From positions 640,001 to 704,000 of the forward strand of contig CAWEPZ010000011.1 of the NCBI GenBank assembly GCA_963811105.1: a DNA stretch of 64,000 bases, given 5' to 3'. Under the pieces are notes generated by a model that worked only from the letters and a program-made list of their open reading frames with translations, ran no database searches and was not told where the DNA came from. The position numbers and the translations under genes were made by a program. Shown here one piece after another: positions 28,531 through 38,712 of this stretch (position 1 is its first letter; every line of letters begins with the position of its first letter). Source of the stretch: Candidatus Bathyarchaeota archaeon (GTDB lineage: Archaea > Thermoproteota > Bathyarchaeia > Bathyarchaeales > Bathycorpusculaceae).

Positions 28531-29456
28531 TGCACTGAAGCCTCCTTAATTAACTTCAAATATACATCCTCAAGCGTCGAACGCAACTCAGTGACGTACT
28601 GAATATTGCCACCTGCTTCCACAATAGCTCTAACAACCTCAGGGTTGTCTTTTTCAGGGTTATCTATGTCGAGAATCAACTTGCTATCGCTTATTCGAAC
28701 GTTCTTAACTGAGCTTAAATTTCGAACAGCTGCCGCAACCGAAGCTGTAACGCTGTCTAAGTGAACAATAGTCTTACGATTATACAGACTGTGCTCCAAA
28801 TTCTTGGGAGAATCAACCGCAATAAGCTTGCCTTTCAAAATTGCGATGCGATCGCAAAGCCTTTCCGCTTCATCCAAATTATGTGTATTAAGAAAAATAG
28901 TTGTTTTCTCTTTCTTAAGGTCCAAAATAAAATCTCGCACGGTTTTAGCTGCTTCTGGATCAAGGTTTGCTGTAGGCTCATCCAAAAACAGAACCAGAGG
29001 CTCATGAATCAGAGCCCTCGCAATAGCTATTTTCTGCTTAGTTCCCTTACTAAATGTGCCTACTGCATCCTCCCGACGCTCCCAAATTCCCAAAAGCCTC
29101 AGAAGCCGTTCAATGTTTTCATGCCGCTTCTGGTCCGGAACCTCGTACAGTTTACCATAAAAATCCAGGTTTCTATAAGCACTTAAACTATCATATAAAC
29201 CAACGTTTTCAGGTAGAAAACCAACTATTTTCCTAATTTTTAGGCAATCATTTTCATTTTCAACTGTGTAGTCGCCAATGCGAGCTTGCCCGCTGGTCTT
29301 ACCAATTAAACAACAAAGCATACGTACCGTTGTTGTTTTTCCCGCGCCGTTGGGTCCAAGAAACCCAAAAACCTCACCCTCTTCGACATGTAACGTAACA
29401 TTGTCAACGGCGGTTAAGTTGCCGAATTTTCTGGTTAGGTTTTCAGTATCAATCAT
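28527..29456 (-). CDS. ABC transporter ATP-binding protein
   Basis: GPNGAGKTT, FSKG, LFLDEPT, H-loop. Confidence 0.95.
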   Translation of the reverse strand: MIDTENLTRKFGNLTAVDNVTLHVEEGEVFGFLGPNGAGKTTTVRMLCCLIGKTSGQARIGDYTVENENDCLKIRKIVGFLPENVGLYDSLSAYRNLDFYGKLYEVPDQKRHENIERLLRLLGIWERREDAVGTFSKGTKQKIAIARALIHEPLVLFLDEPTANLDPEAAKTVRDFILDLKKEKTTIFLNTHNLDEAERLCDRIAILKGKLIAVDSPKNLEHSLYNRKTIVHLDSVTASVAAAVRNLSSVKNVRISDSKLILDIDNPEKDNPEVVRAIVEAGGNIQYVTELRSTLEDVYLKLIKEASVQ

Positions 29457-29480
29457 GTGCTAAACCCGATGACTTAGGGA

Positions 29481-29759
29481 TTATTGCCTTTCGTATTTAG
29501 AATCTTCGATCCGTTTTTGCTCTAATTCTTCCTCGGACAGCTTCGGCGAGGCAGTCTTCATTTGTTGTTTTTCTTCAAGAGGCCAAGTTACTGGATCTTT
29601 AACTGATGAATAGACATTTTGCCAACTGCGTTTTTTGCAGGCTGGACATTTGATATAGTGCAAAGGACCTATGTGCGGCGCCAAAACTGTTCCGCCTAAG
29701 CCTTGTTCAAAAACATTTGAACATTTTTTACATTTTACCCTAGTCATCCTAATCAACAA
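29481..29759 (-). CDS. Zinc-ribbon protein
   Basis: CKKC...CPAC. Confidence 0.7.
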   Translation of the reverse strand: MLIRMTRVKCKKCSNVFEQGLGGTVLAPHIGPLHYIKCPACKKRSWQNVYSSVKDPVTWPLEEKQQMKTASPKLSEEELEQKRIEDSKYERQ

Positions 29760-29858
29760 TAGGTCGATTATCAGATATTAGATTAAAAAGTTTGCTTAAC
29801 CGAAACTGTTTTTTATTGTCACATTATAATAGCAGAACTAAGCAAGGTTTGAGTTTAA

Positions 29859-30224
29859 ATGTTTGAACATCACTACGAGAATCTTTTGCCAAAACAAGCA
29901 TTTCTTAAGCGGTTAGCTAAGTATGCGTTGATCTCGCTTAGTTTAGTGATTGCTTCATTGATTATTGGTATGGTTGGCTACTACTCGTTTGAAGGCTACT
30001 CATGGGTTGATTCGTTTCTAAATGCTGCTATGTTAATGGGTGGAATGGGACCAGCCGGCACTTTGCACACAGATGCAGGAAAAATATTTGCTGGAATTTA
30101 TGCTCTATACTGCGGGTTAATTGAGCTGTTTGCGATTGGAATCTTCGCTGCTCCTCTTTTTCACAGGTTTATGCATCATTTCCATTTAGAGAGCGAGCAC
30201 AAACAAAAAGAAGACCGAGTCTAA
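29859..30224 (+). CDS. Pore-only ion channel-like membrane protein
   Basis: TM-'EGYSWVDSFLNAAMLMGGMGP'-'AGKIFAGIYAL' TM. Confidence 0.8.
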   Translation: MFEHHYENLLPKQAFLKRLAKYALISLSLVIASLIIGMVGYYSFEGYSWVDSFLNAAMLMGGMGPAGTLHTDAGKIFAGIYALYCGLIELFAIGIFAAPLFHRFMHHFHLESEHKQKEDRV

Positions 30225-30248
30225 AAGCTTGCCAGGTGAATTCTGAAT

Positions 30249-31491
30249 ATGACTTCGGCCATGTTATGGAAAAGGAATATACTTCCAAACGGTTTAAGAG
30301 TATTATCTTTCCCTCGGCAATCTGCAAATACCACCCAGCTGTCCATCGCTGTTGAGTTTGGTTCAAATCAAGAGCCGGAAGAAAACGCTGGAGTCGCCCA
30401 TTTTCTTGAACATATGCTTGCTGGAGGTTCCACAAAACGAATCCAGTTATCGCGAAGCGTTGAAGATTCTGGCGGAAATCTAAATTTTTACACAGATCAT
30501 GAGCACATGATGAGTACCATTGATATTCTGCCGGATAAATTAAGTGAAGCTGCGCTTCGTTCTTTCAGAGTTGCTGTTTAACAACGATTTTGAGGAAGAG
30601 AAATTTGGAAGAGAACAAAAGATAATTCTCAATGAACTCGCAGAAGCCTCAGACGACCCAACTGAAAAGACCGAAGAGTTATTGATGAAAAGTCTGTTTA
30701 AAAATCACCCGGTAAAGCGTCCAGTCGGAGGTTTTCCGAAAACCGTTAGAAAATTAACTTTAAAGCAACTGATTAAGGCGCATAGAACAAATTATATTCC
30801 CCAAAACATGATATTAATTTTAGCAGGCAATTTATCCGAAAAAAATAGTGGCATTGTTCTTAAAAACTTCGAGGACAAAACCTCCGAGAAATTGCGCTCA
30901 AAAAAGATCCACCCTTTGGAAATAGGTAAGCCTGAACCGTTGGTTGTTAAGAAAAAGTCGGGCATAGCTCAATCCTACTTTAGCATAGGGGCAAGAACGG
31001 TTTGTTCAGGTCACAAAGATGCGCCTACGTTAGATTTGATAAGTGCTATACTTAGCGGAGGAACTAGTTCACGATTATTCATAGAACTGCGAGAAAAGAA
31101 CGCCCTTACATATGATGTCAATTCAGACAATAACAAAGGGTTAGATTTCGGGTTTTTCAATATTGATTGTGCAGTTAAAGATAGAAATTTAGACAAAGCT
31201 AATGATTTGATCGGAAAAGAGTTAGCCAAGTTGAAGACTCAAAAGCCACCAACTAAGGAAATTGAAAGAACCAAAAATTTGATTACTGCCGAAATCCTCA
31301 GGGGAATGGATAATCCACATGAAACATCAGAAATTCTTGCCTATATGGAAATACAATTTAGAAATGAAAGATCGCTGCTAGACTATATTGACAAAATTAA
31401 GGCGGTCTCAAGTGAGAACATAACAGAAGCTGCCAATACTTACTTTCAAGAAGATTGTCTTTCAACCGTTATCCTCAAACCTAAGGAGTAA
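30249..31491 (+). CDS. M16 family zinc peptidase (1-nt frameshift near 30555)
   Basis: HFLEH motif in the first ORF; 'SSRLFIELREK..LTY' in the second. Confidence 0.88.
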
Positions 31492-31903
31492 AATCTTCAA
31501 ATAAAAGCATGAAGATTTTTCGTTAAAGTTAGTGTTTCAAGGTGCCGTTTGACAGACAACTCTAATTGCCTAAAAGGATGCCCAGAAATGCAGATTTGGG
31601 AGCCTAAGCCCCATAGTGCAGATCATGGACAGAGCCATATCATGGCAATAGGTTTATCTGCCAAACGACTCGAAACGTTTGCTGATATTATCTACGGATT
31701 CTATAGAAGATAAAAATTTGTGGTAGCGCCAAGACTATCACAAACAATCAAAATACCAACTCCCTTTGTTAAGAAGAAACAAACTTCTATGTTAAAGTAG
31801 AAACATGTAGCAGACCATGTACGCACATAAACATAAACGTCAAAGAAAAAAAGAGCTAAATACATAGAGACTATAATTTGTAACCTTTCAAGGGGACAAT
31901 AAC

Positions 31904-32212
31904 TTGCATTTGGAAGAGATGAAGAAAGAAATTGAAGCTCTCGTAATATCCAAAGGATTTTACAATAAGCCCGAGGACATTCCTAAGAAACTGCTTTTTG
32001 CTTTTATAGAGCTTGGCGAAGCCAGTGATGCTTGGAAGAAGGGTTTACCTGAACAGAAAATCGCCGAAGAACTCATTGATGTAGTCTTTTACATTTTGGA
32101 TGCAAGTCGTTTAGCATGTCCAAACATGAATATGGATGAAGTATTCAAAAGAAAACTTGAAAAAAACCTCGACCGCCCATTCCAGTATGGGGAAGGCCAC
32201 CGCAGTAAATAG
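31904..32212 (+). CDS. MazG-like nucleotide pyrophosphohydrolase
   Basis: 'IELGEASDAWKK','AEELIDV.FY'. Confidence 0.85.
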   Translation: MHLEEMKKEIEALVISKGFYNKPEDIPKKLLFAFIELGEASDAWKKGLPEQKIAEELIDVVFYILDASRLACPNMNMDEVFKRKLEKNLDRPFQYGEGHRSK

Positions 32213-32283
32213 CCTGAAAAAACCCAGAATCACCAATGAAGTTTTTATCTCCCAATATTTAAAATATAGAAGTTGAGTAAAAA

Positions 32284-32709
32284 GTGAATTTCACCTTTCC
32301 TGCCAAAATGAGATTCGAGTGTAATAGATGCGGGTTATGCTGTGGTGACACACAAGAAAAAACAAGGCACATTCTTCTATTACAAAAAGAAGCTAAACAA
32401 ATAGCTGAGCATGTTCGCATGCAAACGGCTGATTTTTCTTTGGAAATCAATGATAAGTTTCCTTACGGTTGTGAGATGAAAAAGACAAGTGATGGCCAAT
32501 GCGTCTTCTTAAAAGAAAATCAATGTACAATTTACTCGTTAAGACCGTTGATCTGCAGATTTTATCCTTTTCAATTGACATTTGACAAAGCTAAGAATTT
32601 GCATATTTTTGATTTTACCTTTGAATGCCCGCAGATAAATCAAGGCAAGATTCTGAGTCAAAAAGACTTTGAAAATTTATTTAAGTGGGCGCAAAAACAC
32701 TTGACTTAA
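32284..32709 (+). CDS. YkgJ/FliB-family cysteine cluster protein
   Basis: CNRCGLCC, CVFL, CTIY..RPLICRFYPF. Confidence 0.9.
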   Translation: MNFTFPAKMRFECNRCGLCCGDTQEKTRHILLLQKEAKQIAEHVRMQTADFSLEINDKFPYGCEMKKTSDGQCVFLKENQCTIYSLRPLICRFYPFQLTFDKAKNLHIFDFTFECPQINQGKILSQKDFENLFKWAQKHLT

Positions 32710-33170
32710 AGCTGCTTAAGAATATCAGTCTGCTCCAGAGTTATGCCGCAATAATGGCACTTCAACAGTAGAGGCTCCTCGTTTTTGATGTAAAACTTTG
32801 AAAACACAGGTTCTTCACTATTGCTTACGCAACAAGGATTTATGCATTTAATTATTCCTTCAACTGCTTTAGGTAGCTTAACCTCAAGTTTTTCGACAAC
32901 CTTGTAGTTGCGAACAATATTAATTGATGCATGAGGAGCCACCAAAGCTATCCGGTTAACTTCTTGAGAGTTAAGCGCTCTTCCCTCAATCTTCACTATG
33001 TCTTTAACTCCAAAACGTTTGCTTGGAACATTAATTGCAATTGTAATAACTCGTTTTTCTTTTCCTGTAATCCCTAAAATCTTTATGACATCCAATGCGT
33101 ATCCGCCTCTAATGTGGTCGATTACAGTGCCGTCTTTAATTTTTGAAACCCTAAGATCAAGCTCACTCAT
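32706..33170 (-). CDS. pyrI: Aspartate carbamoyltransferase regulatory subunit
   Basis: 'IKDGTVIDHI','KDIVKIE','CINPCCVS','CHYC'. Confidence 0.96.
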   Translation of the reverse strand: MSELDLRVSKIKDGTVIDHIRGGYALDVIKILGITGKEKRVITIAINVPSKRFGVKDIVKIEGRALNSQEVNRIALVAPHASINIVRNYKVVEKLEVKLPKAVEGIIKCINPCCVSNSEEPVFSKFYIKNEEPLLLKCHYCGITLEQTDILKQL

Positions 33171-33242
33171 AAGAAATTCTTCCAATAGAAGACTATATAT
33201 AAGCAACAAATAAAATTTTACTAAAAACTAAAAACAGTAAAC

Positions 33243-33965
33243 TCATTGACTAGATCTCAAATCTATGACTGTTGTTCCTGCGAACTTGTCAAAGTACCTC
33301 ATAAAAGTGTTGTCTTTAATTCGCCACATTCCAATAAGCAAGTCAAAAGGAAGCAACGGCAATATTTTCCCAAAGTTTCTAATCGCGGCATGATCATAGC
33401 TCATTTTCTTTCCATCTGTTCTAACGACTTTAAGTCCCGTAATTCGTTTGCCTAAACTTTGACCATTAAATCCTTCCAGTAGAGTCGAGTAAAGCCAAAG
33501 TAGCCCTATGGTTACGAAGAGCACTACACTAATTCCTCCGTTGAGAAAAGTCGCCGAGGATAAAGAAAGGGCTTGAGGCACAATAACTATTGTCACGGTA
33601 ATTGCTAAAATTATTCCAAAATCGACTAGGAAAGCAGCTGCCCTCTTTTTGAAGGATGAAAGCGGAAGGTGACTTTGTTTTCTTTGCACATCAGCAACTT
33701 CTGCCCAGCCTTCAATATCGTGAATAACTCTTATGGCGCTCTCTCCAGCCCTGCTAAGTTTGTATTTGCCACTTGGCGTTTGCTCTATGAACGCTTCTAG
33801 CGATCGAAGGTGAAAACTCAACTTTCCAGTGTCAACTTTTAATAAGTTTAATAGGTCAGTGAAAGATGACTCTCCCTTTTCGCTAAGGTTAATTAGTATT
33901 TCTCTTCGCAAGGGATGCGAAAGTATCGAAAGTACTTTCGAAATGTTTTCTTGATCTATAGCCAT
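33243..33965 (-). CDS. ArsR-like HTH fused to RDD membrane domain
   Basis: 'LSHPLRREIL..GKLSFHL' + 'KRAAAFLVD','GQSLGKRITGLKVV'. Confidence 0.88.
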   Translation of the reverse strand: MAIDQENISKVLSILSHPLRREILINLSEKGESSFTDLLNLLKVDTGKLSFHLRSLEAFIEQTPSGKYKLSRAGESAIRVIHDIEGWAEVADVQRKQSHLPLSSFKKRAAAFLVDFGIILAITVTIVIVPQALSLSSATFLNGGISVVLFVTIGLLWLYSTLLEGFNGQSLGKRITGLKVVRTDGKKMSYDHAAIRNFGKILPLLPFDLLIGMWRIKDNTFMRYFDKFAGTTVIDLRSSQ

Positions 33966-34114
33966 GTTTCAAAACCAAAGATTCTAGTTATAGGAAAGGT
34001 CGGTTTGGCATACAGCCCATAATCATGCATACTCCAATATAAGTCCAACCCAAAAAACTCAATTAAACACTGCAAAAAAACTCTTTAACTATGTAGAGCA
34101 CCTACCTTAGAGAT

Positions 34115-35014
34115 ATGTCAAGCGCTGAATTAGCAGTCAAAGTATTCCGCGAGTTGGAAAGCGAAGACTTTAGAATCCTCAACATTATCGAGGCAGCGAT
34201 GAGCAAACGTGAATTTGTGCCAATAGAACAGATCCAAAAATATGCTAACCTCCCCATGGTTCGTATAGAATTCACGTTGAGTAAATTAAACAAGTTAGGC
34301 TTAATCTACCGAACAAGAGGAGCCTATGTTGGTTACACATTAATCTATGCGGGCTACGATTGCCTAGCAATTAACACCCTGGTCAAAGCAGGAGTAATCG
34401 AATCCTTCGGGCAAAGCTTAGGTGTGGGAAAAGAAGCAGATGTTTACGACGCACTAAGCTCTGAGGGCAAACGGATAGCTATAAAATTTCATAGGCTTGG
34501 AAGAATAAGCTTTAGGCAAACAAGAAGAAAAAGAGGTTACATCCGAGAACACTCCACATGGCTTTTCCAATCACATGTGGCTGCAGAAAAAGAGTTCCAA
34601 GCAATGCAGCTTGTTTACAAAAACGGAGTCGCAGTGCCAGAGCCTATAAGTCACAACAGACATGTGATAGCAATGGGCATGATTGAAGGCGCAGAATTAT
34701 CCAAATACAAAGAAATACCTAAACCAGAAAAAATCGTAAAAGAAATCTTGCGTAACGTAAGGAAGACGTACTTAAAAGCTCATGTTATCCATGCAGACCT
34801 CAGCGAGTATAACATCATCCTGAGGCCAGATGGGCATATCCTCATAATTGATTGGCCACAATACGTTATGGCTGATCATGCGAATGCAGAAGATTTGTTG
34901 GAACGAGACCTAAAAAATATTCTCACTTTTTTCAGTCGAAGATTTAATTTGAAAGTAGATGTTGAGTTAGCTTGTAATTATGTAATTGGAAAAGCCAGAA
35001 GTTTGGCTATTTAA
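34115..35014 (+). CDS. rio2: RIO2 serine/threonine kinase
   Basis: wHTH N-domain, GVGKEADVY, KFHRLGRISF, IHADLSEYN, IDWPQ. Confidence 0.95.
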   Translation: MSSAELAVKVFRELESEDFRILNIIEAAMSKREFVPIEQIQKYANLPMVRIEFTLSKLNKLGLIYRTRGAYVGYTLIYAGYDCLAINTLVKAGVIESFGQSLGVGKEADVYDALSSEGKRIAIKFHRLGRISFRQTRRKRGYIREHSTWLFQSHVAAEKEFQAMQLVYKNGVAVPEPISHNRHVIAMGMIEGAELSKYKEIPKPEKIVKEILRNVRKTYLKAHVIHADLSEYNIILRPDGHILIIDWPQYVMADHANAEDLLERDLKNILTFFSRRFNLKVDVELACNYVIGKARSLAI

Positions 35015-35256
35015 TGCTTGTCAGCGTCTAGCACTATGTACAGAATGTTGTTTCCACGAAGCAGAACGTTTCCGTAGTTTGTCATCAATTGGTCGTCTTT
35101 GAGTTCATTTGCGCCTTCGAGAAGAATATTCATGTGCCCATCGCACTTTATCATTTTTCCCTTGTATTCATAACCGTTTTTGAGCACAACTTCAATGTTT
35201 CCGTGCATTTGTTTTATCAGAACGTTCAACGGTTTTTTACTTGGTTCCATCATCAT
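35011..35256 (-). CDS. LSm/Sm-like protein
   Basis: 'VVLKNGYEYKG..CDGHMNILL','LLRGNNILYI'. Confidence 0.93.
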   Translation of the reverse strand: MMMEPSKKPLNVLIKQMHGNIEVVLKNGYEYKGKMIKCDGHMNILLEGANELKDDQLMTNYGNVLLRGNNILYIVLDADKH

Positions 35257-35444
35257 ATTTACCGTATCCCCGTACAATGTTTGTAATATCCAAGAACCTA
35301 TCACCAAATATAAAAGGCTTATGAAAGACGTGCGGCGTAAAATATAACGCCTTGTTACAGAATAAGAGTGAGGACTTCTTCAGAGCGTAAAAAAAGAAGC
35401 ATTTGTGAATACTGAAAAGAGAGAATGACGTTTTTTCCTGTGTT

Positions 35445-35680
35445 TTAAGTTTTGGCTATTATTGATGTGAGCGCAACTACTAAGAAGGCAATACCAGTCC
35501 AGAAAAGTCGCCGCCAGAAACGAAATATTCGACGGCAGCCACGATGATTACTGGAATCAGAACTAAAAATGACTTTATAAGGACGATTATTACTAAGCCA
35601 ATGATAACCAGAATTATTAGAAAAGTTAAGTCAAATCCAGCAAGACCCAAACTGCTTAAAATAGAGTATATTATCGACAA
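35445..35680 (-). CDS. Small membrane protein (probable 1-nt deletion near 35503)
   Basis: Hydrophobic ORF; adding one T gives ...GGDFFWTGIAFLVVALTSIIAKT*. Confidence 0.55.
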
Positions 35681-35754
35681 CTACTTGCAGAATTCATAGA
35701 TAAGCCTCAAACCAACTGGGAAGAAAGCAAGTAATGTATTTTTGCTAAAAAAAT

Positions 35755-36267
35755 TTAAGCGTTGTTTTTTGATCTGATTCTTGGAATAACTTCCTTCTGC
35801 GTTTGGACAACACCATAAATGGTTATCCTAAACTTTTCATCGCCCGTCTTCTGCACCATCCCATTCTTAGCCAGCTCACCCAAGCGTGTACTGGTAATCT
35901 TACCGGTTTTCCCAAGTTTCGTTTGTAATTCATCCTTTGAGAGCGAGTCGCTGTCAACGATACCTAGTTTGCTACCCAGAAAGTAGGTTGTTAACCAAAC
36001 TGACAAAGCCTCATTATCCGTTAACTTATTTTTGGGCACCAACAAGTTTGCACCGTCGCTCGAAAAAGCCGCTATTCCACACAAGTCCTTGGCGAGTTGT
36101 TTTAGGTCAATACTTAGCCAAAGCTTCTGGGCAATTTCAAAAGAAGGAATAAAATCCTTAAAAAACTTGTCTATTAGAAACCATGCTTCTTGTGGTTCCC
36201 CAGAAAACTCTTGCTCAACTTCTTTATACTTCATTTGGATTTGGATTCTTTGCGGTTTTTCGCTCAA
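35755..36267 (-). CDS. Hypothetical protein with C-terminal winged helix
   Basis: 'LSKDELQTKLG..TSTRLGELAKNGMVQK..FRIT..G'. Confidence 0.7.
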   Translation of the reverse strand: MSEKPQRIQIQMKYKEVEQEFSGEPQEAWFLIDKFFKDFIPSFEIAQKLWLSIDLKQLAKDLCGIAAFSSDGANLLVPKNKLTDNEALSVWLTTYFLGSKLGIVDSDSLSKDELQTKLGKTGKITSTRLGELAKNGMVQKTGDEKFRITIYGVVQTQKEVIPRIRSKNNA

Positions 36268-36737
36268 CTCATTTTTCCTCTAAGCTTGGAAATGACTTCT
36301 TCCTCGACCCATTTCTCGCCTTGAATTGTAAGCTTGAATTCAGGCTTGTTTGGGTCCGGCTTGAAGATCTGCCCACGCTTGGTCATTTCATTTAACCGTG
36401 CGGGAACCATTGCGTTTATCCCGCTTGAATCTAAGAGTTTGCTAATTTGGGCTGCAGTGCTCTTTCTTTCTTCTGAAGCGTAAAGAATCAATCCAACTGC
36501 CTCATAATGGGTTAGTTTTTCCCGTGTCACTATTACTGGACCTTCGGTTGTGAGTTCAACGATCCCCTTCAATTGTGCTCCCGATTGGGTCAGTTTGTTG
36601 GATACAAAATCGTTTAGTTTTTCAACAAAACCTTCAGGGATAACTCCAAGCATGTCAAGAATTTCTTGCGGATTCTCCCCTTCAATGACGACTTCTCCGA
36701 AAGGAGTTTTTATATGTGCTTCAATGCGCTTCAACAA
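36264..36737 (-). CDS. Hypothetical protein with C-terminal winged helix
   Basis: 'TAAQISKLL...ARLNEMTKRGQIFK...FKLTIQG'. Confidence 0.7.
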   Translation of the reverse strand: MLKRIEAHIKTPFGEVVIEGENPQEILDMLGVIPEGFVEKLNDFVSNKLTQSGAQLKGIVELTTEGPVIVTREKLTHYEAVGLILYASEERKSTAAQISKLLDSSGINAMVPARLNEMTKRGQIFKPDPNKPEFKLTIQGEKWVEEEVISKLRGKMS

Positions 36738-36815
36738 GTAAGCCTCTTTATCTATAAGCTGCTTTGAGCCTTTTTAGGATTTGCGGCTTAGCATCGTTTT
36801 TTACGAAAAAGAGTG

Positions 36816-38711
36816 CTATTTTAGGCGTTCCCTCAAAAGTTTTGCGACCAATTCAGGGTTAGCTTTTCCCCGAACTTCCTTCATGACGGCGCCCATAAGC
36901 ATGCCGTAAGCATTCTTACTTAGTTTATCAATTGTCTGCTTATTAGATGCAACCACTCGGTCAATAATCGAACCTAAATCTGCTTCCGAAAACATCTTCA
37001 AACCTAACGCATTCACAGCATTCTGGACAGTTTCGCCATTGTTTTTTGAAAGCCAACCGAAGACGGCAGGCAGTGCTTCTTTCGCGAGTTCGCCTGCTCC
37101 GACAACACCAAAGATGTTTTTAATCTGTTCTTCATTGACATTGTCAACCTCGATGCCTTCACGTTTCAACGCTTTCAAAGTTTCAGTTAAGAACACAGCT
37201 ACTGTTGAAGCTTGAACGCCATTTTCCCGCAGGATTTCTTCAAAGAGCATGTTGAATTCTGAGTTGGCAATTTGTTTGGCTAATTTTTCGTTTAAACCGT
37301 ACTGTTTTATCAATCGTGAAACTCTATTTTTTGCGCTCTCAGGAAGGTTACTGCGAATCTTCTCCACTAACTCGTCAGTTATTGGTTGAGGCGGAATATC
37401 GGTTTCAGGATACATTCTCGCTGCTCCCGGTCTTGGGCGCATGTACCGTGTTGTTCCATCATCTTTTGCGGTTCGAGTTTCAGCTGGCACACCTATCATA
37501 GCTTCTTGCGCGCGCTCAACCACAGCTTTTAGGGCGTCCAAAACATTTTCTGATGTATCAGCTACAAAGACAACAGCATCCATTTCAGTCGCATTAACTA
37601 CTTTGCGTACAGCTTCAACTTCCTCGGTTGTAATGTCGTAGTTTGGCATTTCGTCGGTGTGGAAGATCCCGCCGACTCTGCCCCAGAATTTTGCACGGTC
37701 GGATAGTTCTGTTCCAACTCGGAAGTTAGGCATAAGCTCAAACTTCAATAGATTCGCAAACTTGGGCAGTTTAACAGCCATGACTTTTTGGTAGTTATCT
37801 ACTGCTTTTCGGATAACCTTGCATTTTGTTTTCTTGAAAATGTTCGAGACGTCAACAAATTCTTGTTTGATGGCTTCGGGCTTAACGCCTCGATTTGCAA
37901 GCTCATCTTTGACGCTGATTAAGCCGAGTTGTCTTTGAACCTCATATTCTACTACTTTAGAGATTAACTCAAGCTCTTGAACACCTTTTATTTCAATTAA
38001 CGCTCCTTTTGGCAGGGACACATTGAGGTCTTGCCTTATTGTACCCAAACCCCTCATAACTTTACCTGTATCACGCAAAATACTGCCAATGGCGAACGCA
38101 ACTTCCTGTGCTTCCATAGGCGTATAAATTACAGGAGCCGTTGCAACTTCAATCAGCGGTATTCCAAGGCGGTCTATTCGGTAACGGATAGTTTTGCCCT
38201 CATTCTGTGTGCCCGTTTTACGTGCTGCATCCTCTTCAAGGCTTGCGGCTTGCATCGGAATAGTTTTGTCTCCAACCTTAATCCAGCCGTCCAACGCAAT
38301 AATACATGTACGCTGAAAACCAGTGGTATTTGAGCCGTCTATGACAGTCTTACGCATCACGTGAACTTCATCAACCGGCTGCATATTCATCATTAACGAG
38401 GCTGTCAAAACTACTTCCACCGCTTCCATGTTTATGGGGTGCGGTGGCTCCTCATCCATCTCCACAAGACAGGAACTAATTTTGCTGGCTTCATAAAGGA
38501 TTCTTACGCCTTTTTGGAATTCGAAATAAGCCGCTGGGTCAATTTGCCCGAGTTCACTTTGAGTGGGTCGTAGCCTTCTGAGGAAAGTGATTTCTGGCTC
38601 GTCTTTGAAAAGTTGAGGCGGGCAACTACAGAAGAGTTTCGAGTTAACGTTTAGTTGCTGGTGTATTTCTAAGCCAACTTTTAAGCCCACCTTAGCATAG
38701 TCAATTGCCAA
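36816..38711 (-). CDS. gatE: Glu-tRNA(Gln) amidotransferase subunit E
   Basis: GLEIHQQL, VIDGSNTTGFQRT, RPRPGAARMYPETD; start placed at TTG 38711. Confidence 0.97.
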   Translation of the reverse strand: MAIDYAKVGLKVGLEIHQQLNVNSKLFCSCPPQLFKDEPEITFLRRLRPTQSELGQIDPAAYFEFQKGVRILYEASKISSCLVEMDEEPPHPINMEAVEVVLTASLMMNMQPVDEVHVMRKTVIDGSNTTGFQRTCIIALDGWIKVGDKTIPMQAASLEEDAARKTGTQNEGKTIRYRIDRLGIPLIEVATAPVIYTPMEAQEVAFAIGSILRDTGKVMRGLGTIRQDLNVSLPKGALIEIKGVQELELISKVVEYEVQRQLGLISVKDELANRGVKPEAIKQEFVDVSNIFKKTKCKVIRKAVDNYQKVMAVKLPKFANLLKFELMPNFRVGTELSDRAKFWGRVGGIFHTDEMPNYDITTEEVEAVRKVVNATEMDAVVFVADTSENVLDALKAVVERAQEAMIGVPAETRTAKDDGTTRYMRPRPGAARMYPETDIPPQPITDELVEKIRSNLPESAKNRVSRLIKQYGLNEKLAKQIANSEFNMLFEEILRENGVQASTVAVFLTETLKALKREGIEVDNVNEEQIKNIFGVVGAGELAKEALPAVFGWLSKNNGETVQNAVNALGLKMFSEADLGSIIDRVVASNKQTIDKLSKNAYGMLMGAVMKEVRGKANPELVAKLLRERLK

Positions 38712-38712
38712 C

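Noticed and set aside
31500-31900. Long intergenic stretch as ncRNA or gene relic (likewise about 42000-42300 and 44500-44750)
   Set aside because: No recognisable motif, stable structure or credible ORF by eye.
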